Shown here: positions 39,477-48,249 of the stretch, one piece after another
Position numbering within the stretch: position 1 is the first letter of the stretch
How the letters are laid out: each line of letters opens with the position of its first letter
Assembly: GCA_963555985.3 (NCBI GenBank)
Contig: CAUVXV020000009.1
Span: 1 to 55,190, forward strand
Direction: 5' to 3'
Length of the DNA: 55,190 nucleotides
From: Dehalococcoidia bacterium
GTDB lineage: Bacteria; Chloroflexota; Dehalococcoidia; Bin125
Translations under genes and position numbers: made by a program
The notes under the pieces: generated by a model
Told to the model about the DNA's origin: nothing
The model's input: the letters and a program-made list of their open reading frames with translations, nothing else
Databases searched by the model: none

Positions 39477-40082
39477 ATGGCCACTGACGCATCCGCCCGC
39501 CAGGCCGCCCTGATCGCTCGCCGATACCCCAGTCGCGCCACCCTCCGCGGTGGTCGTGAAATCGATGTACGCCTGATGTCCCAAGCGGACAAGTCGCGAT
39601 TCCTGGCGTTTGCGCGGTCGCTTTCGCGCGACGATCTGCTGTATCTCCCCTGGGATATCACCGACGAGCGGGTCGTCGATCGCTGGTTGGAGAACATTTC
39701 CAACCACTCGACTACGACCGTGCTGGCGATCGATCAGGATCACATCGTGGGCGAAGCGTCGCTCGTGCATAATGAGGCCGGCTGGACTGAGCACATCGGT
39801 GAGATCCGCGTCACGGTCAATTCTCAGATCCGCGGCCAAGGACTCGGCCGCTTCCTGGCCGAGGAGATCTTCGCCATCGCCGACTCAATCGGCCTTGAGC
39901 GAATCTCCGCACGAATGACGCACGATCAGGGCAGCGCGCAAGCGGTGTTCAAGTCGCTCGGCTTTGAACCCGTCGCCACGCTGCCGGGATGGGTGGTGGC
40001 CCGCGATGGTCGTCTCCGTGACCTGGTGGTCATGGCGTACGACCTTCGCGCTCGCGGAGCCCCGACCAGCGCCCAGCGCTAG
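39477..40082 (+). CDS. GNAT family N-acetyltransferase
   Basis: IRGQGLGRFL and FKSLGF motifs. Confidence 0.88.
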   Translation: MATDASARQAALIARRYPSRATLRGGREIDVRLMSQADKSRFLAFARSLSRDDLLYLPWDITDERVVDRWLENISNHSTTTVLAIDQDHIVGEASLVHNEAGWTEHIGEIRVTVNSQIRGQGLGRFLAEEIFAIADSIGLERISARMTHDQGSAQAVFKSLGFEPVATLPGWVVARDGRLRDLVVMAYDLRARGAPTSAQR

Positions 40083-40219
40083 CCGCGACCAACTGCCGAT
40101 CCCATGGCGTAATCGATCGCGCACCAACTCACTGCCGACACCAAGATTTGTCGCCCCTTACTATGCACACGCACGCCGTCGTGCGCACGGGCAGGCGGCG
40201 ATCATCGACAGGAATCCGC

Positions 40220-41581
40220 ATGACGACTGCACCCGAACTCCGACAGCAATCGCTCGAACACCTCTGGATCCCCACCCAGTCCTACGCCGACCTCGCGGCC
40301 GACGATGGCCTGCTGGTCATTCGCAAGGGCGAGGGCATCTACCTCCACGACGACGACGGCAACGAGTACATCGACGCCATTTCCGGGCTCTTTCTGGTCG
40401 CGGTCGGTCACGGCCGCGAAGAACTGGCCGACGTCGCGCACGAGCAGATGTCACGCCTCGCCTACCAGAACACCTTCGCCTACGCCAACGAACCGGCAGT
40501 CAACCTCGCCACCAGACTGGCGGAAATCACGCCCAGCACGATTCGCAAGGCCGTCTTCGTCAACGGCGGCTCCGAGGCGGTCGAGAATGCGCTCAAGATC
40601 GCCAAGCACTACCACCACCTTCGCGGCAACTCGAAGAAGTTCAAGACGATCTCGCGGATGGGCTCCTACCACGGCATGACCGTCGGCGCACTCTCTGTCA
40701 ACGCCGCCGTCTACGCCAATCGCACTCCGTATGAGCCGCTGATGCCGGGCGCACTACACGTACAGAACGTCAACTGCGACCGCTGCCCGTTCGAGAAGAC
40801 CTACCCCGAGTGCGATGTCTTCTGCGCCCGCACGATTGAAGACGTGATCAAGGCCCAGGGCCCGGACACGATCGCGGCCATGATCGCCGAGCCGATCTCG
40901 ACCGCCAACGGGAGCTATGTCCCCCCGCGCGAATACTGGCGGACGTTGCGCGAACTCTGCGACAAATATGACATCGTCCTGATCGCCGACGAGGTCATCA
41001 ATGGCTTCGGGCGCACCGGCAAGTGGTTCGGCATGGACCACTTCGATGTCGAGCCAGACATCATGACGACGGCCAAGCAACTCAGCTCCGGCTACAGCCC
41101 GATCGCGGCCACGCTCGTCTCCGACAAGATCGCCCGCGCCTTCGAGGAAGCTGGCGCCGAAGGCGCGATCGGCGGCATCACCTGGGGCGCGAACCCGGTC
41201 TCCTGCGCCGTCGCCCTCGCCAATCTCGACATCATTGAGCGTGAGAACTTGGTTGAGAACGCCGCACACGTGGGCGAACACGTCCGCTCACGTCTGGTCC
41301 AACTCCGCGAGGAGCATCGCACTGTCTACCAGACCCGAGGCATCGGCCTGATGCACGCCATCGATCTGAAGAAGGACCCGGCCACCGGCGAGGACTTTGA
41401 CGAGGCCGATCAGCTCCCTCAGCGGATCACCAACTACATGCGTGAGGAAGGCGTGCTGGCCCGAGGCGGTGCGAGCATCAGCGTCTCACCGCCCTTGATC
41501 ACCAACCTCGAAGAGGCAGACGAACTCGTCAACCGCATCTCGCGCAGCATTGGCCGGATGGAGTCCGATCTCGGCCTCTAG
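40220..41581 (+). CDS. Class III (omega) aminotransferase
   Basis: GSEAVE, SYHGMT, LIADEVINGFGRTG and TTAKQLSSGY motifs. Confidence 0.92.
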   Translation: MTTAPELRQQSLEHLWIPTQSYADLAADDGLLVIRKGEGIYLHDDDGNEYIDAISGLFLVAVGHGREELADVAHEQMSRLAYQNTFAYANEPAVNLATRLAEITPSTIRKAVFVNGGSEAVENALKIAKHYHHLRGNSKKFKTISRMGSYHGMTVGALSVNAAVYANRTPYEPLMPGALHVQNVNCDRCPFEKTYPECDVFCARTIEDVIKAQGPDTIAAMIAEPISTANGSYVPPREYWRTLRELCDKYDIVLIADEVINGFGRTGKWFGMDHFDVEPDIMTTAKQLSSGYSPIAATLVSDKIARAFEEAGAEGAIGGITWGANPVSCAVALANLDIIERENLVENAAHVGEHVRSRLVQLREEHRTVYQTRGIGLMHAIDLKKDPATGEDFDEADQLPQRITNYMREEGVLARGGASISVSPPLITNLEEADELVNRISRSIGRMESDLGL

Positions 41582-41609
41582 CCGGCGCTCCGCGACCAAT
41601 CCCACACAA

Positions 41610-41642
41610 TTGCGCCGGCCCGATAGGTTCGGGTCGGCGCAA
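41610..41642. terminator. Hairpin between convergent genes
   Basis: TTGCGCCGGCCCGA-TAGGT-TCGGGTCGGCGCAA. Confidence 0.65.
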
Positions 41643-41659
41643 CACCCCACGCCTCAGAC

Positions 41660-41995
41660 CTAGAACGCGGTCAGCGCATCAGTACGCTCTTCGTGAATCG
41701 GGATGATCTCCGCGAAACCGGATACACGGAAGACTTCCTGAATGTGCTCCTGCACTGTGCAGAGCGCGAATCGGCCCTTTGCCTGGGTCGTTCGCTTCGC
41801 CGCCATGAGCAGGACGCGAAGGCCGGCCGAAGAGATGTAGTTGATCCCTTCAAAGTTCATCAGGATCTGCTTGTCGCCCGCAGCGATGCGGCCCAGCAGC
41901 GCCTCCTCGAACTCCTTCGCGTTGGTCCCGTCGATCCGCCCGAGTGGATTCAACACCAGAACGTTCTCGGAGTATTCCGGGTACAGGTCAACCAT
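41660..41995 (-). CDS. STAS domain anti-sigma-factor antagonist
   Basis: GRID, YISSAGLRVLL and VFRVSGF motifs. Confidence 0.92.
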   Translation of the reverse strand: MVDLYPEYSENVLVLNPLGRIDGTNAKEFEEALLGRIAAGDKQILMNFEGINYISSAGLRVLLMAAKRTTQAKGRFALCTVQEHIQEVFRVSGFAEIIPIHEERTDALTAF

Positions 41996-42019
41996 GACAG
42001 TCCTCCTCGATTTGCCGGA

Positions 42020-44062
42020 TTAGGACGATTCGCCGGAGCCACGCCGTTGACGCAGGGTGGTCACGTTGCGGTCTCCTTCGCGTGTATACGATACATCGTC
42101 AATCGTCGCGGCGATCAGTTGCAGGCCCCAGCCGCCAATACGGCGCTCCTCGATTCCTAGAGTCGGGTCCGACTTCTCCGCTTCCCAAGGATCAAACGGG
42201 TCGCCGTTGTCCTCATAACGGCAGATCGCCGAGTCTTCCTCGCGCCGCAGCGCCACGGTGATCTCGGCCTCCGACTCGCGTCCGATGAAGCCGTGTTCCA
42301 AGGTGTTCGTGAGCAGCTCATCCAAGGCCAGGTTCAGCCGATATAGGTCTTCGACGCTCCAGCCCTCCGCAGTTGCAAAGCGCTCAACGAAGGCCTGCAC
42401 TCGTTGCAGCGCCGTGTCTAGCACCGGCTCGACGTTCATCCGCCGCCACCCCGACGCTGTTTGCGGCTCCGCAGAAGCTTCTGCGTCCTCGCTCGGGACA
42501 GCCAGCTCGCCACCCTCAAAGCGCACTGCAATGCAGGTGATGTCGTCAAACTGTTGGGCATTGCCTGTGAACTGGTCAAGATCGGTCAAGATCGACCCGA
42601 TCAGCGCCTGCGGCCCTTCCTCGCGCGTGGCGACCAGGAGGGCCTCAAGCCGTTCTTTGCCGAACAGCTCGCCGCCCACATTCTGCGCTTCGGTAATGCC
42701 GTCCGTATACATAAACAAGGATGTGCCTGCTCTGATCGGGATCGTCAACTCCGAGTACGGCAGACCCGGCAGCACTCCCAGCGCGATTCCGCCGGTGTGC
42801 GTCAACTCCGTCGGTTGATCTGTCCCGTTCGTCATGTACGGCGGGTCATGGCCGGCGTTTACGTAAGTCAGCGTGCCCAAGCTGAGGTCGATCACGCCGA
42901 AGAAGGCGGTGATGAACAGTTCTTTGGGGTTCATTGAGCAAAGCTGGTCATTCGCCTCGGCCACGGCTGCGGAAGGATCGGGGAATTCGTTTGCGGCGCT
43001 TCGCAACAACGCCCGTCCTACCGCCATCAACAACGCCGACGCCACGCCCTTGCCTGAGACATCAGCGATCGCGAACGCCAAGCGTCCGTCGTCAATCATG
43101 AAGGCGTCGTAAAAGTCGCCTCCAACCTCACGCGCCGGTGTCATCGAGGCCGAGACCGATACGCGCGGGTCTTCCGGGAAGTCTTGCGGAACCAGCGCCG
43201 CCTGCACGGCGTGGGCCATGCTCAGGTCTTCCTGCAGGATTTTCTGCGCGGCCTCAAGCGCCTGGTTCTTCTCCGAGATCTCCTGTGTGCGCTCCTCAAC
43301 CAGCGCGTTCAGGCGAATCTCACGCGCGCCGACCTCCTGGGCCATGTCGATAAACACGCCCGCAAGAGTGCCGTACTCGTCGCGTGTCAGCGAGATACCG
43401 CGAAGGCCGGCCGTAACCGACGGCTCCGGCGCTCGTCCCGCCTCCACTGAGCGCGCCGCCCGCACCATTAGGCCAAGCGGTCGCGCCAACCGCTTGGCCA
43501 GGAACCAAGCAATCATCAACACGAGCAGCAACAGCCCGATCGCGCCGAGGATGTACTGCCAGCGGTACAGCTCCAGCGCAGTGCCAACGCCATTGAGGGA
43601 GAGCTCAATGCGCACCGCCCCCACCAAATCGCCGTTGCGATCAAGCACGGGCGCGGTACCCGAGTAGACGCCCGCTTCTTCGCGGTGCACGATTGTGACC
43701 GCGCCGCCGAGCACCTGGCGCGCCGTCACGATCTCTTCTCGGCCCACGACGCCCTCGGCAACCGACGTGCGCGTCTCCGGACGCGCCACCGCCCTTGCCG
43801 CGAGCCGTCCCTGTGCGTCAAACAGCCAGACGCCGCTCAACTGCGCCGACGAGCGCTCCGTTTCCAACGCCGCTTCCAGGTCGGCATCCGAGATCGAATC
43901 CAACGCCCCCAGCGAGCGAGCGAGCGACTCGGCCAAAACCGAGGTTGTCGCCTCAGCGGAATCCCGTTCCGATTCAACCGCGAGCAGCACAATTACAGCG
44001 CCAGCGCTCAGCAGCCCGGCGAGCGTAAAGATCGCGATCATCCCGATAATGCGGCCAGTCAT
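42020..44062 (-). CDS. Membrane SpoIIE/RsbU phosphatase with HAMP-like and C-terminal RsbW-like HATPase domains
   Basis: VGGDFYD, ADVSGKG, NAGH, YTDGITEA and DDIT motifs; LDELLTNTLEHG, DNGDPFDP and GGWGL. Confidence 0.9.
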   Translation of the reverse strand: MTGRIIGMIAIFTLAGLLSAGAVIVLLAVESERDSAEATTSVLAESLARSLGALDSISDADLEAALETERSSAQLSGVWLFDAQGRLAARAVARPETRTSVAEGVVGREEIVTARQVLGGAVTIVHREEAGVYSGTAPVLDRNGDLVGAVRIELSLNGVGTALELYRWQYILGAIGLLLLVLMIAWFLAKRLARPLGLMVRAARSVEAGRAPEPSVTAGLRGISLTRDEYGTLAGVFIDMAQEVGAREIRLNALVEERTQEISEKNQALEAAQKILQEDLSMAHAVQAALVPQDFPEDPRVSVSASMTPAREVGGDFYDAFMIDDGRLAFAIADVSGKGVASALLMAVGRALLRSAANEFPDPSAAVAEANDQLCSMNPKELFITAFFGVIDLSLGTLTYVNAGHDPPYMTNGTDQPTELTHTGGIALGVLPGLPYSELTIPIRAGTSLFMYTDGITEAQNVGGELFGKERLEALLVATREEGPQALIGSILTDLDQFTGNAQQFDDITCIAVRFEGGELAVPSEDAEASAEPQTASGWRRMNVEPVLDTALQRVQAFVERFATAEGWSVEDLYRLNLALDELLTNTLEHGFIGRESEAEITVALRREEDSAICRYEDNGDPFDPWEAEKSDPTLGIEERRIGGWGLQLIAATIDDVSYTREGDRNVTTLRQRRGSGESS

Positions 44063-44084
44063 GGCAGATAGGGTAGTGCCCCGA

Positions 44085-44891
44085 TCACGGGTTGATCAGC
44101 GATGCCGCCGAGCAGCCGCCGTATGCGCCTGTCCGATCGCCGAGAATCGCCTGAGCAGTCGCCAATCCGTCCTCCGCTCCCCGCGACACGACCTTGAGCC
44201 ACTGCCATTCCCCGATCGGCGGACGGTGCAGATACATCGTGATATCCGCATTCACGTAACCGCTGCGCCCCGGTTGCATATTCGCAAACGGGCTCACGAA
44301 ATCGGCGATCCCCGCTGCGCGCACGGCCCCGGACAGTTCACAGTTGGCGACTACCGGCGCGTCAGCCTGGATCCAGACGATCGGTGGAGATTCGCCGCCC
44401 GGCGAAATGACGTGCCGCATCTCTAGCGTGCCCGGATAAGAGACCCAGCGATTGCCGGCTCGATCGACTCGATTCGGACGCGCCGCCTCGGGACCGGGCG
44501 GCACCGTCGTCCCGAACTGCGCCCCTACGGACCCGCGCTCAGCCTCTGCACGGAGGCAAAGCGCCGTCGCCCGGGTCAGTACTTGTTCCGAATCTGCAAC
44601 GCTGAGCTCGAACAGCGCGAGCCGCCGTCCTTCACGCCTCGGCTGAATCTCGACAAGTAGCTCGCCGAACGGTACCGGCCGGAACAGATCGACCGTCAGA
44701 CGCGCGAGCCGCATGCCCTTGGCAGCGGAGCCGGCCTCAGCAAGGCGTTCCTCCGCGCAGTGCGCGATCAGCGCCGCCACCGGACTGCCGTGAAGCGCAT
44801 CCGGAGTCCAGGGACCGCGCGCGCGATCCGTCGGCGCATAGCCGCGCCCCGACCGCTCAAACAACGGTTCCGTAGGCAGCTGAGCCGTCAC
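44085..44891 (-). CDS. Acyl-CoA thioesterase family (double hotdog)
   Basis: GPW...LHGSP, RLTVDLFRPVP and VNADITMYLHR motifs. Confidence 0.85.
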   Translation of the reverse strand: MTAQLPTEPLFERSGRGYAPTDRARGPWTPDALHGSPVAALIAHCAEERLAEAGSAAKGMRLARLTVDLFRPVPFGELLVEIQPRREGRRLALFELSVADSEQVLTRATALCLRAEAERGSVGAQFGTTVPPGPEAARPNRVDRAGNRWVSYPGTLEMRHVISPGGESPPIVWIQADAPVVANCELSGAVRAAGIADFVSPFANMQPGRSGYVNADITMYLHRPPIGEWQWLKVVSRGAEDGLATAQAILGDRTGAYGGCSAASLINP

Positions 44892-44912
44892 TGTATCTCT
44901 GTCGCCGCTGGG

Positions 44913-45233
44913 TTACTGAATCGGTGAACGCGGCGTCGCCTCCAGCCGCTTCACCGAGATCGAGTCGCGGCTCATCATCTCCGCGACTTGCGGCCCGATT
45001 TCGTCGCGCCAATAGTCGGTGTTGTAGACCGAGTCGTACAGCCGCTCCCGCTCTGCTTCGGAAGCGAAGCGCCGGATCCAGACGTAGGTATTCTCGTCCT
45101 CTTCCGAGATGAACGAACCCAGGATCACCATCCCCTGTTTGGTTTGGAAGGGAATGATCTGTTCCTCCATCAGCTGCACGAATTGCTCCCGATAGCCGTC
45201 GTTGATCGTGTATTGGCGCAGTTCAAACAGCAT
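44913..45233 (-). CDS. NIPSNAP family protein
   Basis: FELRQY, YVWIRRF and L.ATPRSP motifs. Confidence 0.88.
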   Translation of the reverse strand: MLFELRQYTINDGYREQFVQLMEEQIIPFQTKQGMVILGSFISEEDENTYVWIRRFASEAERERLYDSVYNTDYWRDEIGPQVAEMMSRDSISVKRLEATPRSPIQ

Positions 45234-45433
45234 CGTCGGCTCCATTCCTGTTTGTCGGAATCTGCAATCCGCAGCCTAACCCAGATCAAGCCGCAGTTGT
45301 CGGCGTCCTGGCGCGCGCTGTGGAGTCGCGGAAGGATGGGACCTTCGCTGGCCCACACCTAGGCGAACGGACAGCAAGCGATTGACAACGTTGGCAACCC
45401 TCGAAGACGCGCCGAGGGCGAGACTTGCTCGAC

Positions 45434-46087
45434 CTACGCCTCTGAGGGCGATCGCCCGCCGAAGGAGCTGAACGAAGTGGTCGACGAAATCCGCGGGGGA
45501 ACGCCGGTGCTTGGCGCCGGTGTCTCCGCCTCAGCAGGCGCTGCGCTTGGAGTCGCCGCCTCAGCCGGTTCCTCGGGAGCGCCCGCGGGTTCGGAAGTCG
45601 CGGGGGCAGATGCCGTTGGCGCGGGTTCGGCCTTACTCGCTAGCACCCAGCGATTCCGGCCCGTATTGCGAACCTCGCCTGTTTCCTTCATCCGCTGCAG
45701 GGTCGACTGCAAGGTCGGCATTGGCTTCTCGCTCTGCGGAGCCGCGCCCTCGGACTCGAGATACTGCAAGATCCGGGTGGCGTGGACCGGCTCGCTCTGA
45801 CGCTGTAGGTACTCACGCACCTTGTTCGTGATCAGCCCTCGCGGCCGGCGGGTGCGGCGTCGTGAGGGTTGCGCGGCTGCGCGTCCCGCAGGACGTTCGC
45901 GCAGTGCGGCACCTGCCGCCGGTAGCGCTGCGCCCGCCGACGCGGAGTCGTCATCGCCGAGGCTATTGATCAGTGCGTCAATCTGGTCGCGGACTGCCAT
46001 CTTGCGTTCAATGTCGGTTTGAAGCCTGGCGCGCGCTGCTTTCAAATCGCCGCGCAACACACCCAAACCCAAGTTTTCGTCAGCCAT
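45434..46087 (-). CDS. Coiled-coil plus winged-HTH (HARE-HTH-like) protein
   Basis: N-terminal coiled coil, basic linker, VREYL...PVHATRILQYL...TLQSTL...TGRNRWVL, disordered tail. Confidence 0.65.
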   Translation of the reverse strand: MADENLGLGVLRGDLKAARARLQTDIERKMAVRDQIDALINSLGDDDSASAGAALPAAGAALRERPAGRAAAQPSRRRTRRPRGLITNKVREYLQRQSEPVHATRILQYLESEGAAPQSEKPMPTLQSTLQRMKETGEVRNTGRNRWVLASKAEPAPTASAPATSEPAGAPEEPAEAATPSAAPAEAETPAPSTGVPPRISSTTSFSSFGGRSPSEA

Positions 46088-46184
46088 CTCAGCACTCCGT
46101 TCTGCCGACGCTGCGGGCGAACGTTGTACCGCAGCCCGTCTATATCGTACAGCCGACAATATATAACACACCTACAGTGTGATG

Positions 46185-47126
46185 CTACGCAGAACCGCCC
46201 CGCACCGAGCCAAGCACAATCGCATCCTCGATCATCTGCGCCAGCCCGTCTTCGATGAGCGATTCCAGCGCCCGCTCCACGCGCTCGCGATCACTCTCGC
46301 CGGCATCACGAACGTGTTCGATCAGACGTTCCCGCTGTAACGGCGTCCGGCGCGCGCGCAGTTCTCGCATGATGATCCCCCGCAGTTGGCGATCCGACCC
46401 TTCGAAGCGTCCCTGGGCACGGACAGGCGCTGCAATTTCGCCCGCCGCAAACCGCTTCCGCGCCGCACAGAGAGGCGACAGCGGGCAGATCGCGCACTTT
46501 GGCCGAGGCGAGCAGATTGCAGCGCCAAAGTCCATCACCGCTGGATTCCAGAACAACGGCTGTCCCGCCGGTGCAAGTCGATCGGCGGCCCACCTGATAT
46601 CCGCCGCCCGCGTCTCTCGGGCCGGCTGAAGATCGCCGAAGAGTAAGCGACCCAGCAGCCGGACTACGTTTGTATCAATCGCCGCCGAGTCGAGTTGGAA
46701 TCCGAAACAGCGTACGATCGCAGCTGTGAACGGACCAACCCCCGGCAATTGCAGCAGCTCAGACTCGTCGTACGGAATCTGACCCTCATGCTCCTGTACG
46801 ACGATCTCCGCGGTTCGGCGCAGATATAGCGCGCGCCGCGGATATCCGGCGCGGTCCCAAACACGCAGCGCATCCCCGTCCGAGGCGGCTGCCAGGCTGT
46901 GAAGCGTAGGGAACGCCTGCATCCAACGTTCATAGATCGTCAACACACGAGGCATCTGCGTCTGTTGCGCGCAGACTGCCGCCACTAGCGCCGCATACGG
47001 ATCCGCAGCTGTGCGCCAAGGGAACGGCTGCTCATGCTCCGCGTACCACTGAAGCAAACGCCGCCGGATCGCGCCCAGGCGCTGGGGGCTGAGCGGTCGC
47101 GGCATTCGCGCTTCGGAGTCGGTCAT
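46185..47126 (-). CDS. MutY-like HhH-GPD glycosylase with an Fe-S cluster (variant active site)
   Basis: FPWR, QQT, GYPRRA, LPGVGPFTA, DTNV and CSPRPKCAICPLSPLC motifs. Confidence 0.85.
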   Translation of the reverse strand: MTDSEARMPRPLSPQRLGAIRRRLLQWYAEHEQPFPWRTAADPYAALVAAVCAQQTQMPRVLTIYERWMQAFPTLHSLAAASDGDALRVWDRAGYPRRALYLRRTAEIVVQEHEGQIPYDESELLQLPGVGPFTAAIVRCFGFQLDSAAIDTNVVRLLGRLLFGDLQPARETRAADIRWAADRLAPAGQPLFWNPAVMDFGAAICSPRPKCAICPLSPLCAARKRFAAGEIAAPVRAQGRFEGSDRQLRGIIMRELRARRTPLQRERLIEHVRDAGESDRERVERALESLIEDGLAQMIEDAIVLGSVRGGSA

Positions 47127-47151
47127 GCGTCTCGCAATGTCAGCTATACAA

Positions 47152-47445
47152 TCAGGTCAGGCCGCACATGTCATCGTAGTAGTCACGTCCGACCGGCGTC
47201 ACGTAGACCCGAAATGCCGTGTCGCTCGCGCGGGTCAGATCGACCAAGCCATGCTCGGCCAGCTTTGCCAGAAGATCGGGGTGATACCCGCTCCGTCTCA
47301 GCGCGGGCCGGAAGACGAGTCCGCTCTCGCTCACTTCATCATCGACGACCACTACCTCAGATTGCGGTGGATCTTGCTGCTCCATCAGGTCAGCGAGCAG
47401 TGCGCAGTGATACTCATTCAGACGAACGTGCCGAAACTGGATCAT
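47152..47445 (-). CDS. Small hypothetical protein, winged-helix-like C-terminus
   Basis: LAKLAEHGLV...VYVTPVGRDYY; coupled to the HEPN gene. Confidence 0.6.
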   Translation of the reverse strand: MIQFRHVRLNEYHCALLADLMEQQDPPQSEVVVVDDEVSESGLVFRPALRRSGYHPDLLAKLAEHGLVDLTRASDTAFRVYVTPVGRDYYDDMCGLT

Positions 47446-47446
47446 G

Positions 47447-47878
47447 TCAGCGCCAGGCTACTCCCCCCACTAACCTCCGCTCGACGAAACCCTTTACGTC
47501 CTCCGCGATCGCAAGCGCCCGCGCTGAGTCCGTCTCGTCATACGCCTCGTGCGGCACGCCGCCGGGCAACCCCGTTGGATATCTGGTCGGAAAGTAGTAC
47601 TTGTCCAGCAGCATCGCCACCGATTTGATCACGTCAAACGTCTTATCCAAGGCCATCGCATCCTCGCACAGATCCGACAGCGCATGTCCCCAGACCCGCT
47701 CCGCGCCCCGCGCGAAGAGATACGCCGAGACACTCTTCTCTGCGGCCTGCTGCGCCAGAAAGCAGGCGAGCGCGTGATATCCGCCTCCCGCCGCGTACCG
47801 GCCGGCAGCTAGGTCGTGATCCACCTGCCGCAACCAGCGCGACGACTCCGCAGCCGCGCGTTCATGCTCGCTAGACAT
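47447..47878 (-). CDS. HEPN domain protein
   Basis: ACFLAQQAAEK, WGHAL and LDKYYFPTRYP motifs. Confidence 0.9.
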   Translation of the reverse strand: MSSEHERAAAESSRWLRQVDHDLAAGRYAAGGGYHALACFLAQQAAEKSVSAYLFARGAERVWGHALSDLCEDAMALDKTFDVIKSVAMLLDKYYFPTRYPTGLPGGVPHEAYDETDSARALAIAEDVKGFVERRLVGGVAWR

Positions 47879-48209
47879 AAACCGGATCCCCTAACGAGAT
47901 CGCCTCCCGAATGATCGGATCCATGTCTTCGAGTGCGTCGAACTCGGCAGGCGTGTAGACCGTGAAGCGCGTGCCGACGCGGGGGCGGAGGTGGGTCTGG
48001 AAGAAGTCGGAGCGACGATGGAACGGCTCGTCCATCTCACGGACGATCACCAACTCCAGTTCAGAGTCTGGGCCGACACGTTCGCGGGCGAGATCGCCGC
48101 TCAGCCAGAAGCGCTGGGCGCCGAGTTGGTTCATCTCCCCGGCCATGCGCAGGAACTCGGCTTCGAGCAGTTGTCGCCGCTGCCTGGCGAAGCTGAAGAC
48201 CATAGGCAT
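47871..48209 (-). CDS. Minimal nucleotidyltransferase (MNT)-like protein, degenerate
   Basis: WLSGDLAR...DSELELVIV, PFHRR and VYTPAEF; overlaps the HEPN start. Confidence 0.7.
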   Translation of the reverse strand: MPMVFSFARQRRQLLEAEFLRMAGEMNQLGAQRFWLSGDLARERVGPDSELELVIVREMDEPFHRRSDFFQTHLRPRVGTRFTVYTPAEFDALEDMDPIIREAISLGDPVYV

Positions 48210-48249
48210 CAGGTTTGCCGCTCGTACCGTCTCAGGTGAGATTTGCGAG

